From an uncultured bacterium (GTDB lineage Bacteria > Caldisericota > Caldisericia > JAAYUI01): a DNA stretch of 64,000 bases. A model generated the notes under the pieces. It was given only the letters and a program-made list of their open reading frames with translations. It had not been told where the DNA came from and searched no databases. Shown here piece by piece: positions 29,505-38,082 of the stretch; position 1 is the stretch's first letter, and the number at the start of each line of letters is the position of its first letter. A program made the translations under genes and the position numbers. Location: the NCBI GenBank assembly GCA_965370295.1, contig CBDUSO010000005.1:7580-71579 (forward strand), written 5' to 3'.

Positions 29505-30494
29505 GTGAATGTGAACGACATATTTCTACTAATTGGTGCAGGATTTGCGATAAGTCTTGTGATTGGGTATCCGATCATACTGCTTTTGAAATCCTTAAAA
29601 ACAGGCTCAAAAGTAAGAACAGAAGCACCTGAAGGACACCAGAAAAAAGCTGGAACTCCTTCAATGGGTGGGTTCATATTCATGATTTCAGCAACCGCAA
29701 CCGCACTTATGCTTTCAAGATTCACAGGACTCATGACCGATTTTTCCATGCATTATATCAAGTGGGGATTGTATGCACTCTGGGGATTTGGTTTGATTGG
29801 ATTCATCGATGATGCAATCAAGGTTTTTTCAAATTCTCCTCAGGGGCTTCCCGGCAGATGGACAATCGGGCTTCAGATGATGGTTGCAATGCCATTCATC
29901 ATGATTCACTACCAGATTCTTCCTCCAGTTTTTGGAGCGGGAACTCCTGAGTCAATTTCTGCAATGGTTTATGTGGTCGCAATAATCGCCGTTGTAAATG
30001 CCGTTAATCTGGCAGATGGACTCGATGGACTTGCAGGTGGGGCAACCTCAATAACCCTCATCTCCCTAATCCCAATTGTGATGATGGTTGATAAAGGAAT
30101 TTCAATCGTTCCGCTTGCCGTAATTGGTGGATTATTAGGTTTCCTTGTATTTAACTTTCATCCAGCAAAGGTGTGGATGGGGAATATGGGATCGAATGCA
30201 CTTGGAGGAATCCTGGCTATTACAGCGATTTATTCCGGCCAGATATGGCTTTTCATAATTGGAGGATTCCTGTTTGTATTTGAAGCACTCTCAACCATAA
30301 TCCAAACAACATATTTTAAATATACAAAAAAAATCTCAAAAGATGGAGTAGGCAAGAGAGTTTTTCTTATGACACCAATTCATCACCACTTTGAACTTCT
30401 TGGCTGGTCAGAAAAGAAAATTGTTTTATCATTCTGGTTTGCTTCGGTTGTATTTGGCGGGTTGATGCTGGGGTTGTATTTTCTGCTGGCATAG
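29505..30494 (+). CDS. mraY: Phospho-N-acetylmuramoyl-pentapeptide transferase
   Basis: KKAGTPSMGG, NAVNLADGLDGLAGG and the MraY-specific MTPIHHHFEL.GWSE C-terminal motif. GTG start with GAGGTG RBS. Confidence 0.85.
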   Translation: MNVNDIFLLIGAGFAISLVIGYPIILLLKSLKTGSKVRTEAPEGHQKKAGTPSMGGFIFMISATATALMLSRFTGLMTDFSMHYIKWGLYALWGFGLIGFIDDAIKVFSNSPQGLPGRWTIGLQMMVAMPFIMIHYQILPPVFGAGTPESISAMVYVVAIIAVVNAVNLADGLDGLAGGATSITLISLIPIVMMVDKGISIVPLAVIGGLLGFLVFNFHPAKVWMGNMGSNALGGILAITAIYSGQIWLFIIGGFLFVFEALSTIIQTTYFKYTKKISKDGVGKRVFLMTPIHHHFELLGWSEKKIVLSFWFASVVFGGLMLGLYFLLA

Positions 30495-30507
30495 AAGACG
30501 ATATACT

Positions 30508-30543
30508 TAACTAATCTATAACGTAAAGGTAATTGTGTATAAT
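30508..30543 (+). promoter_or_regulatory. Candidate promoter for the peptide gene (TATAAT -10 at 30538-30543 preceded by TGTG; weak -35)
   Basis: Consensus -10 hexamer ~50 nt upstream of the peptide start codon. Confidence 0.3.
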
Positions 30544-30591
30544 AAAATGTCTGTTATGATGGAATCATCTAAATGAAAGGAGGCATGGGAA

Positions 30592-30783
30592 ATGCCATAT
30601 GAGCATGACGAGATGTCAAAGAAGGTAGCGTTGGATGAGGGTATGATCGACCCAAACGTAATGGAGTTGATCCCCCAAAAGAGGGTAGTCTGGATGGACA
30701 TGGAACACTTCGATCCAAATCAAATGGAGTTGTGTGGGTGCCCTAATTATCGATGTTGGCAGAACGGTTCCTTAATGCAGTAA
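30592..30783 (+). CDS. Candidate RiPP precursor peptide (63 aa): acidic leader with internal DPN(V/Q)MEL repeat and C-terminal core CGCPNYRCWQNGSLMQ
   Basis: Strong AAAGGAGG RBS 8 nt upstream of ATG. Small ORF immediately upstream of a radical SAM/SPASM enzyme. Three Cys plus Tyr/Trp/Asn clustered in the last 20 residues. Confidence 0.6.
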   Translation: MPYEHDEMSKKVALDEGMIDPNVMELIPQKRVVWMDMEHFDPNQMELCGCPNYRCWQNGSLMQ

Positions 30784-30809
30784 CCTTTTGTTGAGTTCAT
30801 TCTTATTGT

Positions 30810-30837
30810 GAGCGGGGAGCTGACTTGCTCCCCGCTC
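30810..30837 (+). promoter_or_regulatory. Perfect 11-bp stem hairpin (GAGCGGGGAGC TGACTT GCTCCCCGCTC) between precursor and maturase genes, no U-tract; probable partial terminator/RNA-stability element setting precursor:enzyme ratio
   Basis: Perfect GC-rich inverted repeat 27 nt after the peptide stop, 37 nt before the rSAM start. Confidence 0.5.
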
Positions 30838-30873
30838 ACCCTGTTGCAAATAGAGCGCGGTCGGAGGTATTGA

Positions 30874-32223
30874 ATGCGTTGGACAGAATATCTAGTTAGA
30901 AGTAATTTGGATAATGATAGAATCGTTCTTTTCTCAACTTTATCAGGTTCTGTGGTTGTGCTTGATAGTAAACTAATCCAAGCTATAGGTAACAAAAAAT
31001 TTCCGATGGAGACCCGTCTGGTAAATGATCTCAAGAAAACTGGATTTTTAGTTGAAGAAACATTTGGTGAAAAGGAATGGGCAACTGAACGTTTTCTACA
31101 TAAATTTAAAAATCCCGGAACTTTGGATATCGTTGTTGCTCCATCAATGACTTGTAACTTCGGTTGTCCGTATTGTTATGAGCGACGAGATAACCAAAAA
31201 CCTATGAGTGAATCAACTTTCCAGAATTTGTTGCAATTCATTGAAAAGAGAGCACAGACCTTAAAAGTAAAGAAAATTACGATGAGCTGCTATGGTGGAG
31301 AGCCACTATTGTACCCTGAGTATTTTGTAAGGATAAAGAAATTCATTGATAACAAATTCCCTGAGTTAAAACAATTCTGGGGAATAATAACAAATGGTTC
31401 ATTGATAAATGAAAGATTGGAATATCTACACTCTGAGATTGGACTTGACAGAGCACAAGTAACGCTCCATGGGAGTGAAGAATTCCATAATAAAGAGAGA
31501 CCATACTCTGATGGAAGTGCTTCCTACCAAGAAGTAGTCAATGGAATAAAAAAAGCAGTAAATCTTGGAATCAAAAACATTGAGATAAGAGTGAACGTTG
31601 ATAAGGAAAATGCAAACTCAATGGAGAAATTGCTTTCTGACCTCACCAGGCAAGGACTGGCAAACAAGAAAAATTTGCGTGTATATCCATATCCGATTAC
31701 CAAAATGACTGAGAATTCTGCTAAGTATGAAGTTGCTTGTATTCAGCAACACGATTATTTTGATAAACTCAGAGATTGGACGAAGATGATCACAGAAAAA
31801 GGTTTTGGTGGTTCTAATATTAAAAATTATTTTCGTTATTTGATTGCACCAATGTTATGTGGATCATATTCCAGAGGATTTTATGCAATAGGACCAAGGG
31901 GTGAAATTAATCCCTGCTGGGAGCACATCAACGAAACAAAATTCTTCGTTGGGAACGTAAACAATAATCCGACAATAGACCCAGAAAAAGAAAAGTGGTG
32001 GTTGGAAGGCGGTAGAAATAAGATACTTGACTGTGCCAAAAAGGATTGTGTCCTACTTCCGATATGTGGTGGGGGCTGTGCAGCACAGGCGATACATGAA
32101 ACCGGAGATATTTCTGGTAGATCATGCTTTAGAATGGTTGAAGATACTAAAAGATTCTTGAAACTCTATGCTGAATATGCAGAAAATACTGGAAATGTAA
32201 GAGAGGTTGATTACTCCAGATAA
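30874..32223 (+). CDS. Radical SAM enzyme with C-terminal SPASM domain (peptide-modifying maturase family; ~85-aa N-terminal extension possibly an RRE-type peptide-binding domain)
   Basis: CNFGCPYC (CxxxCxxC) at ~residue 95. C-terminal auxiliary-cluster cysteines: C...C...C-x2-C-x5-C-GGGC (SPASM pattern). GGAGG RBS. Confidence 0.85.
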   Translation: MRWTEYLVRSNLDNDRIVLFSTLSGSVVVLDSKLIQAIGNKKFPMETRLVNDLKKTGFLVEETFGEKEWATERFLHKFKNPGTLDIVVAPSMTCNFGCPYCYERRDNQKPMSESTFQNLLQFIEKRAQTLKVKKITMSCYGGEPLLYPEYFVRIKKFIDNKFPELKQFWGIITNGSLINERLEYLHSEIGLDRAQVTLHGSEEFHNKERPYSDGSASYQEVVNGIKKAVNLGIKNIEIRVNVDKENANSMEKLLSDLTRQGLANKKNLRVYPYPITKMTENSAKYEVACIQQHDYFDKLRDWTKMITEKGFGGSNIKNYFRYLIAPMLCGSYSRGFYAIGPRGEINPCWEHINETKFFVGNVNNNPTIDPEKEKWWLEGGRNKILDCAKKDCVLLPICGGGCAAQAIHETGDISGRSCFRMVEDTKRFLKLYAEYAENTGNVREVDYSR

Positions 32224-32231
32224 GTGTCAAG

Positions 32232-32585
32232 CTAGTCAGCGGGATAACCAATTTCAACAAGTTTTGTCTTGACGTCGTCAAGGGTTGTTTTTCTTTTATT
32301 GAAATCAACTGCAACAGTTTTTTTGTCGACATCAACGACAACTGATTCAATCCCGTCCATCTCGTAGATTGCTTTTTTTACCTTGTTTGCACAGTTCATG
32401 CACATGATTGAACTACAAGCTAATTCTGCTCTCATCTCGTCCTCCGGAGGAAAGCCTGCAATAGACATCTCATGTTCGATTCTCGTTAGAGACACTTGAG
32501 ACTCGTCAAAGTCCATCTCAAATGCACCGAAGAGAAGTTTTGAAACTCTGTTTATACCTTGTAAGAATCCGACCGATTCTTGCAC
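32232..32585 (-). CDS. Heavy-metal-associated (HMA) domain protein, CopZ-like ferredoxin fold with ~50-aa N-terminal extension (true start may be internal at MRAEL, ~32435)
   Basis: SIMCMNCANKVKKAI...VVVDVDKKTVAVDF matches the HMA M/C-x-C-x2-C metal-binding loop and fold. Confidence 0.65.
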   Translation of the reverse strand: MQESVGFLQGINRVSKLLFGAFEMDFDESQVSLTRIEHEMSIAGFPPEDEMRAELACSSIMCMNCANKVKKAIYEMDGIESVVVDVDKKTVAVDFNKRKTTLDDVKTKLVEIGYPAD

Positions 32586-32613
32586 CGTTTGGGCGCAGGC
32601 CGGTCACATACAT

Positions 32614-33291
32614 CTACGATTTTTGAGTGTTACTTTCAAATCTTTTCCTCCAGGGAATTAGTGTTTCTACAGATTGAACAACTGAAAAACAAATTATTGA
32701 ATACCAGATAATAAACAATGGTTGAACGATGATGCGTGTTGTGAAGAGAGCCATGAACGGTATATGAAGTAGCCCGGTGAGTCCCCAGGTTACAAATATG
32801 AAACCAATCGTTTTTGATACAACCACAGCGACAACAATTTGAATCAATTTTGTGGTTCTGCTTGAGTCCCACCTCTTCATCATTATCAAGCCAGCAACAA
32901 ATCCATACATCACTTGAGCTGTGAAGATGAGTGGATTCCAAGGAAGACCTGTTGGATTCCAAAACCAGAAACCAATCAAATCTGAAAGTCCACCAACTAG
33001 AGCTCCACCAATTGGTCCAAGAATCATACCAGAAATCATGATTATTGCGGGACCACCAGGATCAAATCGAAGTGACTGAATTGGGTAAAAGGTGAGTAAG
33101 CGGGTAACCGTCAAAGCCATTCCAGACATTATCCCAACCAATGAAATCCCGATTGGTGTGAACGGTCTCTTAAAAACTGTTCTCAATGTTTCTCGCATCT
33201 CTTTCCTCCGGTTCAATTCGTTACCAGACCAAGTGAAGCTATCACATGAAGTATTCAGAATCAACAATAATTGTGGAACTATTTCCGGCAC
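32614..33291 (-). CDS. Hypothetical polytopic membrane protein (possible small-substrate transporter component)
   Basis: 5-6 hydrophobic helices. Start probably internal (MRETLRTVF). No diagnostic motif. Confidence 0.35.
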   Translation of the reverse strand: MPEIVPQLLLILNTSCDSFTWSGNELNRRKEMRETLRTVFKRPFTPIGISLVGIMSGMALTVTRLLTFYPIQSLRFDPGGPAIIMISGMILGPIGGALVGGLSDLIGFWFWNPTGLPWNPLIFTAQVMYGFVAGLIMMKRWDSSRTTKLIQIVVAVVVSKTIGFIFVTWGLTGLLHIPFMALFTTRIIVQPLFIIWYSIICFSVVQSVETLIPWRKRFESNTQKS

Positions 33292-33913
33292 GAGTTATCG
33301 CAAGTGCATCAAGAAGGGTTATTCCCATTTTATGAAGAACACTTGCACAGCTATGAAGTGTGGAGGATGTTGTCATAATGTCGTCGATCAGCATGTAGTG
33401 AGTGTTTCTATTTATCTTTGCAAATGGATGTGGAGTAAAGGCATCCTTAACATTCTCTGCTCTATCTTCGAGATTTAGTTTGAACTGGGGGTCAGTGTTT
33501 TTTATTCTTTTGATTATTTTGCCACCATATTTCCAGCCAAGAAGTTTTGCAAGCCTTTTAGCAATCACGGCTGACTGGTTGAATCCACGAGTTCGGAGTC
33601 TGAACGGATGAATTGGGACTGGAATGAGTGTTCGTTCGCCAAGCCCTACAAGGTATGGGGCAGAGAGTTCTGCGAGTAAAATTCCAAATTCTTCATGACC
33701 TTCAAATTTCATTTTGTGGATGATCTCTCGGATTGCATCACCATATGGAAGGATCGTTAAAACATTAAACGGTCTTAGGGAGAATGTTTTTGGATGTGGT
33801 TCGAGCTGGGATAAACAATCGTTGCAGAGTGGATGTTTGCCTGGTTTTTCACAAACAAGGCAGTGTGGTGGATAAAAATAATCAAGGATTTCACTAAGGA
33901 ATTTCATGCACAA
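33242..33913 (-). CDS. comF: ComF-family protein (double zinc-ribbon plus phosphoribosyltransferase domain)
   Basis: N-terminal CxxC...CxxC and PRTase motif YMLIDDIMTTSSTL. Confidence 0.7.
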   Translation of the reverse strand: MCMKFLSEILDYFYPPHCLVCEKPGKHPLCNDCLSQLEPHPKTFSLRPFNVLTILPYGDAIREIIHKMKFEGHEEFGILLAELSAPYLVGLGERTLIPVPIHPFRLRTRGFNQSAVIAKRLAKLLGWKYGGKIIKRIKNTDPQFKLNLEDRAENVKDAFTPHPFAKINRNTHYMLIDDIMTTSSTLHSCASVLHKMGITLLDALAITRAGNSSTIIVDSEYFM

Positions 33914-34946
33914 ATTCTTTTAACAGGTCGATTGAAATCTGGGCTTTTTTTTGAAGTTTTGGTAGATTTGTTTTCAACGTTTTTTTTATGGGTTCAAGAT
34001 TTTTGAGGAAATTATCTATCGTTTGTTCAAAATCTGAATTTTCTAAAAATTCTGAACAGCCAATTTCTTTCCCAATCATTCGAACTTTTTCGTGATAAAC
34101 GATTGGAAGAAATGGAACATTTGCAAGTGTTGATGCAATCATCGAATGAAGCCTCATGGGAATGGAAAAATCCGCCATCTGGAAAATCCCGAATCCATCG
34201 TTCCAGCTTATGGGACTTGCGAGTGATAAAACATTTTTTGGAGGAAGAAGTTTGGATAGTTCAGAGATTATCTCATCGTCACGACCCGGGAAAAAAGGAA
34301 CAAGAATCAGAGAACCACCAGTTTTCTCCAAAATATATTTGAGAATTTTGACAATCCATGGAATATCTAATTTGTATTCGCTTGAGGTTGCCGGTGAGAA
34401 AATGATTTTTGGTCCTGCCAGATTTTGAATCTTTTGTCGAATTATTTTTGATGGTTCATCGGGACTTAGAAGGAATGCAAGATCAGATGAAAGAGTTGGC
34501 TTTAAGCCAAGTTTCTCAGCTGTTGAAAAGGATTGCTCATCTCGAACGGTTAAAAATTTTGCTTTTTTCAAACCAAATTTCACAAGTTTTTTTGTGGAGA
34601 ATCTTGAAAATGAACCAATCTGCTGACCGATTGCACAGTAGGGCTTTGAGAGAAACCTTGAAAGAATTGGTCCAGCCAGGTGATACCAAGTTCCTTTTGC
34701 ACTCTTTCTTTCGTGGAGAAGACCTCCAGGACCAAGAATGAATCCATCACTTTTTTTAGTTACACGAAAAAGATTTTTTGGTGAACGGGATTCAAGAACT
34801 ATGTTTTGAGAATTTTGAACCGAAGAAGTTTCACCTGAGAAAATGTGAACCTCTTCATTTTTCAAATGTGGTAGTACTGCTGAAAGTAAGGCTTCATCAC
34901 CCACATTTCCAAATCCAAAGTATCCCCAGAGTGCAAGTTTTTTCAT
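33894..34946 (-). CDS. csaB: Polysaccharide pyruvyl transferase (CsaB-like)
   Basis: Start at MKKLALWGYFGFGNVGDEALL (canonical PS_pyruv_trans N-terminus); ATGA overlap with upstream tagA-like gene. Confidence 0.65.
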   Translation of the reverse strand: MKKLALWGYFGFGNVGDEALLSAVLPHLKNEEVHIFSGETSSVQNSQNIVLESRSPKNLFRVTKKSDGFILGPGGLLHERKSAKGTWYHLAGPILSRFLSKPYCAIGQQIGSFSRFSTKKLVKFGLKKAKFLTVRDEQSFSTAEKLGLKPTLSSDLAFLLSPDEPSKIIRQKIQNLAGPKIIFSPATSSEYKLDIPWIVKILKYILEKTGGSLILVPFFPGRDDEIISELSKLLPPKNVLSLASPISWNDGFGIFQMADFSIPMRLHSMIASTLANVPFLPIVYHEKVRMIGKEIGCSEFLENSDFEQTIDNFLKNLEPIKKTLKTNLPKLQKKAQISIDLLKEFVHEIP

Positions 34947-35665
34947 CGACCCGAAATCAAAAGCGGAATAAAAACTCCAAGACTTTTGAATAATCTTGGA
35001 ATCCTTACGAATGGTTCGACCGCTGCTCTCCACAACCACTCCAGACCAATTCTGCACATCCATGCGGGGGCTCTTTTTTTTGATCCAGCCCAAACATCAA
35101 ATACTCCGCCAACGCCGATAAAAAACTTGATATTTTTTAACTGACTTCTATTTTTTGAAATCCAAAGTTCTTGTTTGGGAATTCCGAGTGCAACGAGGAG
35201 AATCTCTGCATTGGATTTGTTTATTGACTCAATAAGAGTATCGTCATCAAATTCATATCCAGACATAAAACCAACCACTTCAATGTTTGGGAATTTATTT
35301 TCAACCGATTCTTTTGCTTTTTTTACAATTTCATCTTTTGCACCAAACAAAAAAACTTTTGTGCTAGGTTTTGAAGTTTTGAGAATGCTCTCGGTTAATT
35401 CAATTCCGGGGATTCGTTCGGTTACTTTTTTACCAAAACGTTTCAACAGAATAACCGAACCGATTCCATCAGGGACAAGAATATCAGCTTGCAAGCAGGT
35501 ATTTAGAAATTCAGAATCCCTCTTGCAGAGGGTAACAGATTCCAGGTTTGCAGTGATAATAAACTTCGATTTTTTATCAAACGAATTCCCCAAATCTGAC
35601 GTGAGTTGTGGAATGCTACCCAGATACCAGTTTGAAGAATTCAGGAGTTGCGAGCTACCACTCAT
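34943..35665 (-). CDS. tagA: WecG/TagA/CpsF-family glycosyltransferase (N-acetylmannosaminyltransferase-like)
   Basis: 240 aa. DILVPDGIG..., LFGA..., VGFMSGY and LLVALGIPKQE segments typical of Glyco_tran_WecB family. Confidence 0.75.
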   Translation of the reverse strand: MSGSSQLLNSSNWYLGSIPQLTSDLGNSFDKKSKFIITANLESVTLCKRDSEFLNTCLQADILVPDGIGSVILLKRFGKKVTERIPGIELTESILKTSKPSTKVFLFGAKDEIVKKAKESVENKFPNIEVVGFMSGYEFDDDTLIESINKSNAEILLVALGIPKQELWISKNRSQLKNIKFFIGVGGVFDVWAGSKKRAPAWMCRIGLEWLWRAAVEPFVRIPRLFKSLGVFIPLLISGR

Positions 35666-38082
35666 GGATATTCTGCAATGATTTTGTCGCCTTCGAGTAT
35701 GATGGAGCCACCAAGAGATTCGACCACAAATCGGAGTGGCACGATTGGGTATCTATTCTTGAACAGGTATGTTGGGGAGTATGCTTCTATTTTCTCTCCG
35801 TCGAGATATGCTCTCTTTTCGTCTATGATTAACCTTAGTTTTTTCCCGTCCAGGTAGTAGTCTATTTTCTTCTCATCACGATCGTAATAGGCTGTGCCAC
35901 CGAGTTCTTCAACGATAAACCTGAAGTAAACGTAGTATCGATAATAATTTGTATCGATGTGCGGGGCAGGATAAACGTTTATTGTTTTGCCATTTGCTTC
36001 AACATTGTTATGACCCTGCCTCATGACAATCCGTTTAACTTTTCCATCAAAAAACTTTGATGTAACCGGTATTATTTGAATTCCACCGTTACAGATTATT
36101 GAGATGTTGCCCTCTCGTTGACCTTCTTTTGCGTTTTCACCAACCGCCCAAACTGTGACTTCAACCTCACCATTAAACTCTGATGGGACCACTTCGATCC
36201 AGTCAGTGTCGGTTGTGATTTTGCCAAAAATTGTTCCACTGCCGGTATTCATCAGATGGATTATGCGAGATCGTTTTGTGGAGAGAGGAACTTTTTCAAA
36301 AATGATTTCATCGGTGTCGACGAATAGTTTAGGTAGACCGCCAAAATTAGAGAGTGGGACTTTCAATATCCTGCTGTTTGCTGTGTCTGAGATGAAAACA
36401 GATAATCCAGAAATTGTGATTCCAGATGGCTGGTTTAAAAGTTCAAGATTGTCGTTGTCTGACAAAGATTTAAGGCTGGATAATGGTCCACCAAATTCAC
36501 CATAGCTGCCAAGTTCAAAGCCACTCTCAGAAAAGACTCGAATGTCTGATACCCCGGCATCACAAATAAAAACTCTTCCGAATTCGTCAATTGTGATTGA
36601 AGATGGCTTTGTGAAAGCAACACCCGCAAGCGATTCGATAAATTTTCCCTGTGGATCGAAGATGAGTACTTCACCTAAATCTTCGTCAACCACCCAGATT
36701 CTGTCCTGTGAGTCGATTGCAACATCAACAGGTGCCGATAGTTCGTCGTCAAATGAAAAAACCCAAGTGCCACTCATGGAAACTGATGCGACACGAGAAT
36801 TTCCTGTGTCTGCTACAAAGATATTGCCTGTTTTTTTATCGATGCCAATTCCCCGCGGTACTCTGAATTGACCTGCACCACTTCCCTCTTCTCCGAAGCC
36901 AAACAAATGATCACCAAACAGAGAATAGATTTGAATTCTGTTGTTTCCGGTATCTGCAACCACCAGATCGTCTCTTGTTGAAATATCACAGTCTTCTGGA
37001 TTTTTGAGATTTGTTGATTCGGTTCCCTGAGAACCAATGCTCTGAATGTGTTCACCAGTTTCAGTTGAATAAACATTTATGAAGTCGGAACTTGACTCTG
37101 AAACATAGATGTAGCCGTCCGCTGTTGTGATTCCTTTGGGCCAGAGTGAAACCCCTTTGAGTCCTATTGAGTAGAGTTGCTTGTTGCCGTCGAGTTTTAA
37201 GATTCGGTTATTTCCAGTGTCTGCCACCCACAAGATTCCGTTTGCGTCTACCACAAAGCCGGTTGGGTATCTAAATTGGCTTGAACCAATTCCATGTTCT
37301 CCAATTGTTTTTAATAGTTTTCCCTTTGGCGAGAATATTTGAATCTTGGAATTTCCAGTGTCTGAAACATAAACAGAGTTTCCTGAGATTCCAACACATG
37401 ATGGTGATGAAAGAATTCCATCACCGATAGTTCGGATGAAACTACCAACTCTATTAAAAACTGATACTCGATCGTTGCCGTTATCAACTACGTAAACGTT
37501 GTCATTTTCATCAACGGTTAAGTCAGTAGGATTTGCGAGTTCTCCATCTCTTGAGCCCTCTCGACCGATCGAATACAAGAAAACTCCGGATGAAGCAAAT
37601 ATTTTTACCTGGCAAGTTGCCTGGTCAAGAACAAGCATTTCTCCCTTGGAGTTGTATGCAAGCGAAACGGGTTTAATTACGCCACAATCAGGGTTGTCAG
37701 AGAAGTGCATGTTATCAAGAAATTTTCCACGTCTGTCAAAAAAAGAAATTTTCCCGCTTAAGGGGTCGCAGATGATATATCTGGAACCAGAATCCTTGAT
37801 AACTTTTGTGGGATAGATTGACATTCCATCGCCAAAAGAGCTGATGAATTCACCCTCTGTGTTGAGTATTTTAATCTGACCATTCCCGGTGTCGGCAATG
37901 ATTAGTTTTTTGGCATCAAGATCAACAAACAATGATCGCGGGTATTTGAAATGTGCTTTTTCGGAAAGAATTCCAATAACATCAATCTCGCTTACAGATG
38001 CTCTAATGGTAACAAAAAAAAGAATCATCGTCATTGCCAGGGACAGAGAGATAAAGGAGTGAATCTTGGAGTGTTTCTTCAT
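35662..38082 (-). CDS. Secreted NHL-repeat (six-bladed beta-propeller, multiple copies) protein with C-terminal copper-amine-oxidase-N-like wall-associated domain
   Basis: Start at MKKHSKIHSFISLSLAMTMILFF (ATGA overlap with upstream gene). >10 repeats of the V.D.G.I.V.D..N.RI/V pattern. C-terminal YPIVPLRFVVESLGG-type domain. Confidence 0.65.
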   Translation of the reverse strand: MKKHSKIHSFISLSLAMTMILFFVTIRASVSEIDVIGILSEKAHFKYPRSLFVDLDAKKLIIADTGNGQIKILNTEGEFISSFGDGMSIYPTKVIKDSGSRYIICDPLSGKISFFDRRGKFLDNMHFSDNPDCGVIKPVSLAYNSKGEMLVLDQATCQVKIFASSGVFLYSIGREGSRDGELANPTDLTVDENDNVYVVDNGNDRVSVFNRVGSFIRTIGDGILSSPSCVGISGNSVYVSDTGNSKIQIFSPKGKLLKTIGEHGIGSSQFRYPTGFVVDANGILWVADTGNNRILKLDGNKQLYSIGLKGVSLWPKGITTADGYIYVSESSSDFINVYSTETGEHIQSIGSQGTESTNLKNPEDCDISTRDDLVVADTGNNRIQIYSLFGDHLFGFGEEGSGAGQFRVPRGIGIDKKTGNIFVADTGNSRVASVSMSGTWVFSFDDELSAPVDVAIDSQDRIWVVDEDLGEVLIFDPQGKFIESLAGVAFTKPSSITIDEFGRVFICDAGVSDIRVFSESGFELGSYGEFGGPLSSLKSLSDNDNLELLNQPSGITISGLSVFISDTANSRILKVPLSNFGGLPKLFVDTDEIIFEKVPLSTKRSRIIHLMNTGSGTIFGKITTDTDWIEVVPSEFNGEVEVTVWAVGENAKEGQREGNISIICNGGIQIIPVTSKFFDGKVKRIVMRQGHNNVEANGKTINVYPAPHIDTNYYRYYVYFRFIVEELGGTAYYDRDEKKIDYYLDGKKLRLIIDEKRAYLDGEKIEAYSPTYLFKNRYPIVPLRFVVESLGGSIILEGDKIIAEYP

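Noticed and set aside
30874-32223. rSAM/SPASM enzyme as an anaerobic sulfatase-maturating enzyme (anSME).
   Set aside because: No sulfatase gene in the vicinity. The adjacent peptide lacks the C/S-x-P-x-R sulfatase motif (it has CGCPNYR, wrong spacing). The enzyme carries an N-terminal extension that is not typical of anSME. Kept as a formal alternative only.
32232-32585. Treating the HMA-domain ORF as a short 67-aa CopZ starting at the internal Met (MRAEL...).
   Set aside because: The long ORF's start is only 28 nt from the upstream gene's stop, an operon-like spacing, so the longer form was kept. The start remains uncertain.
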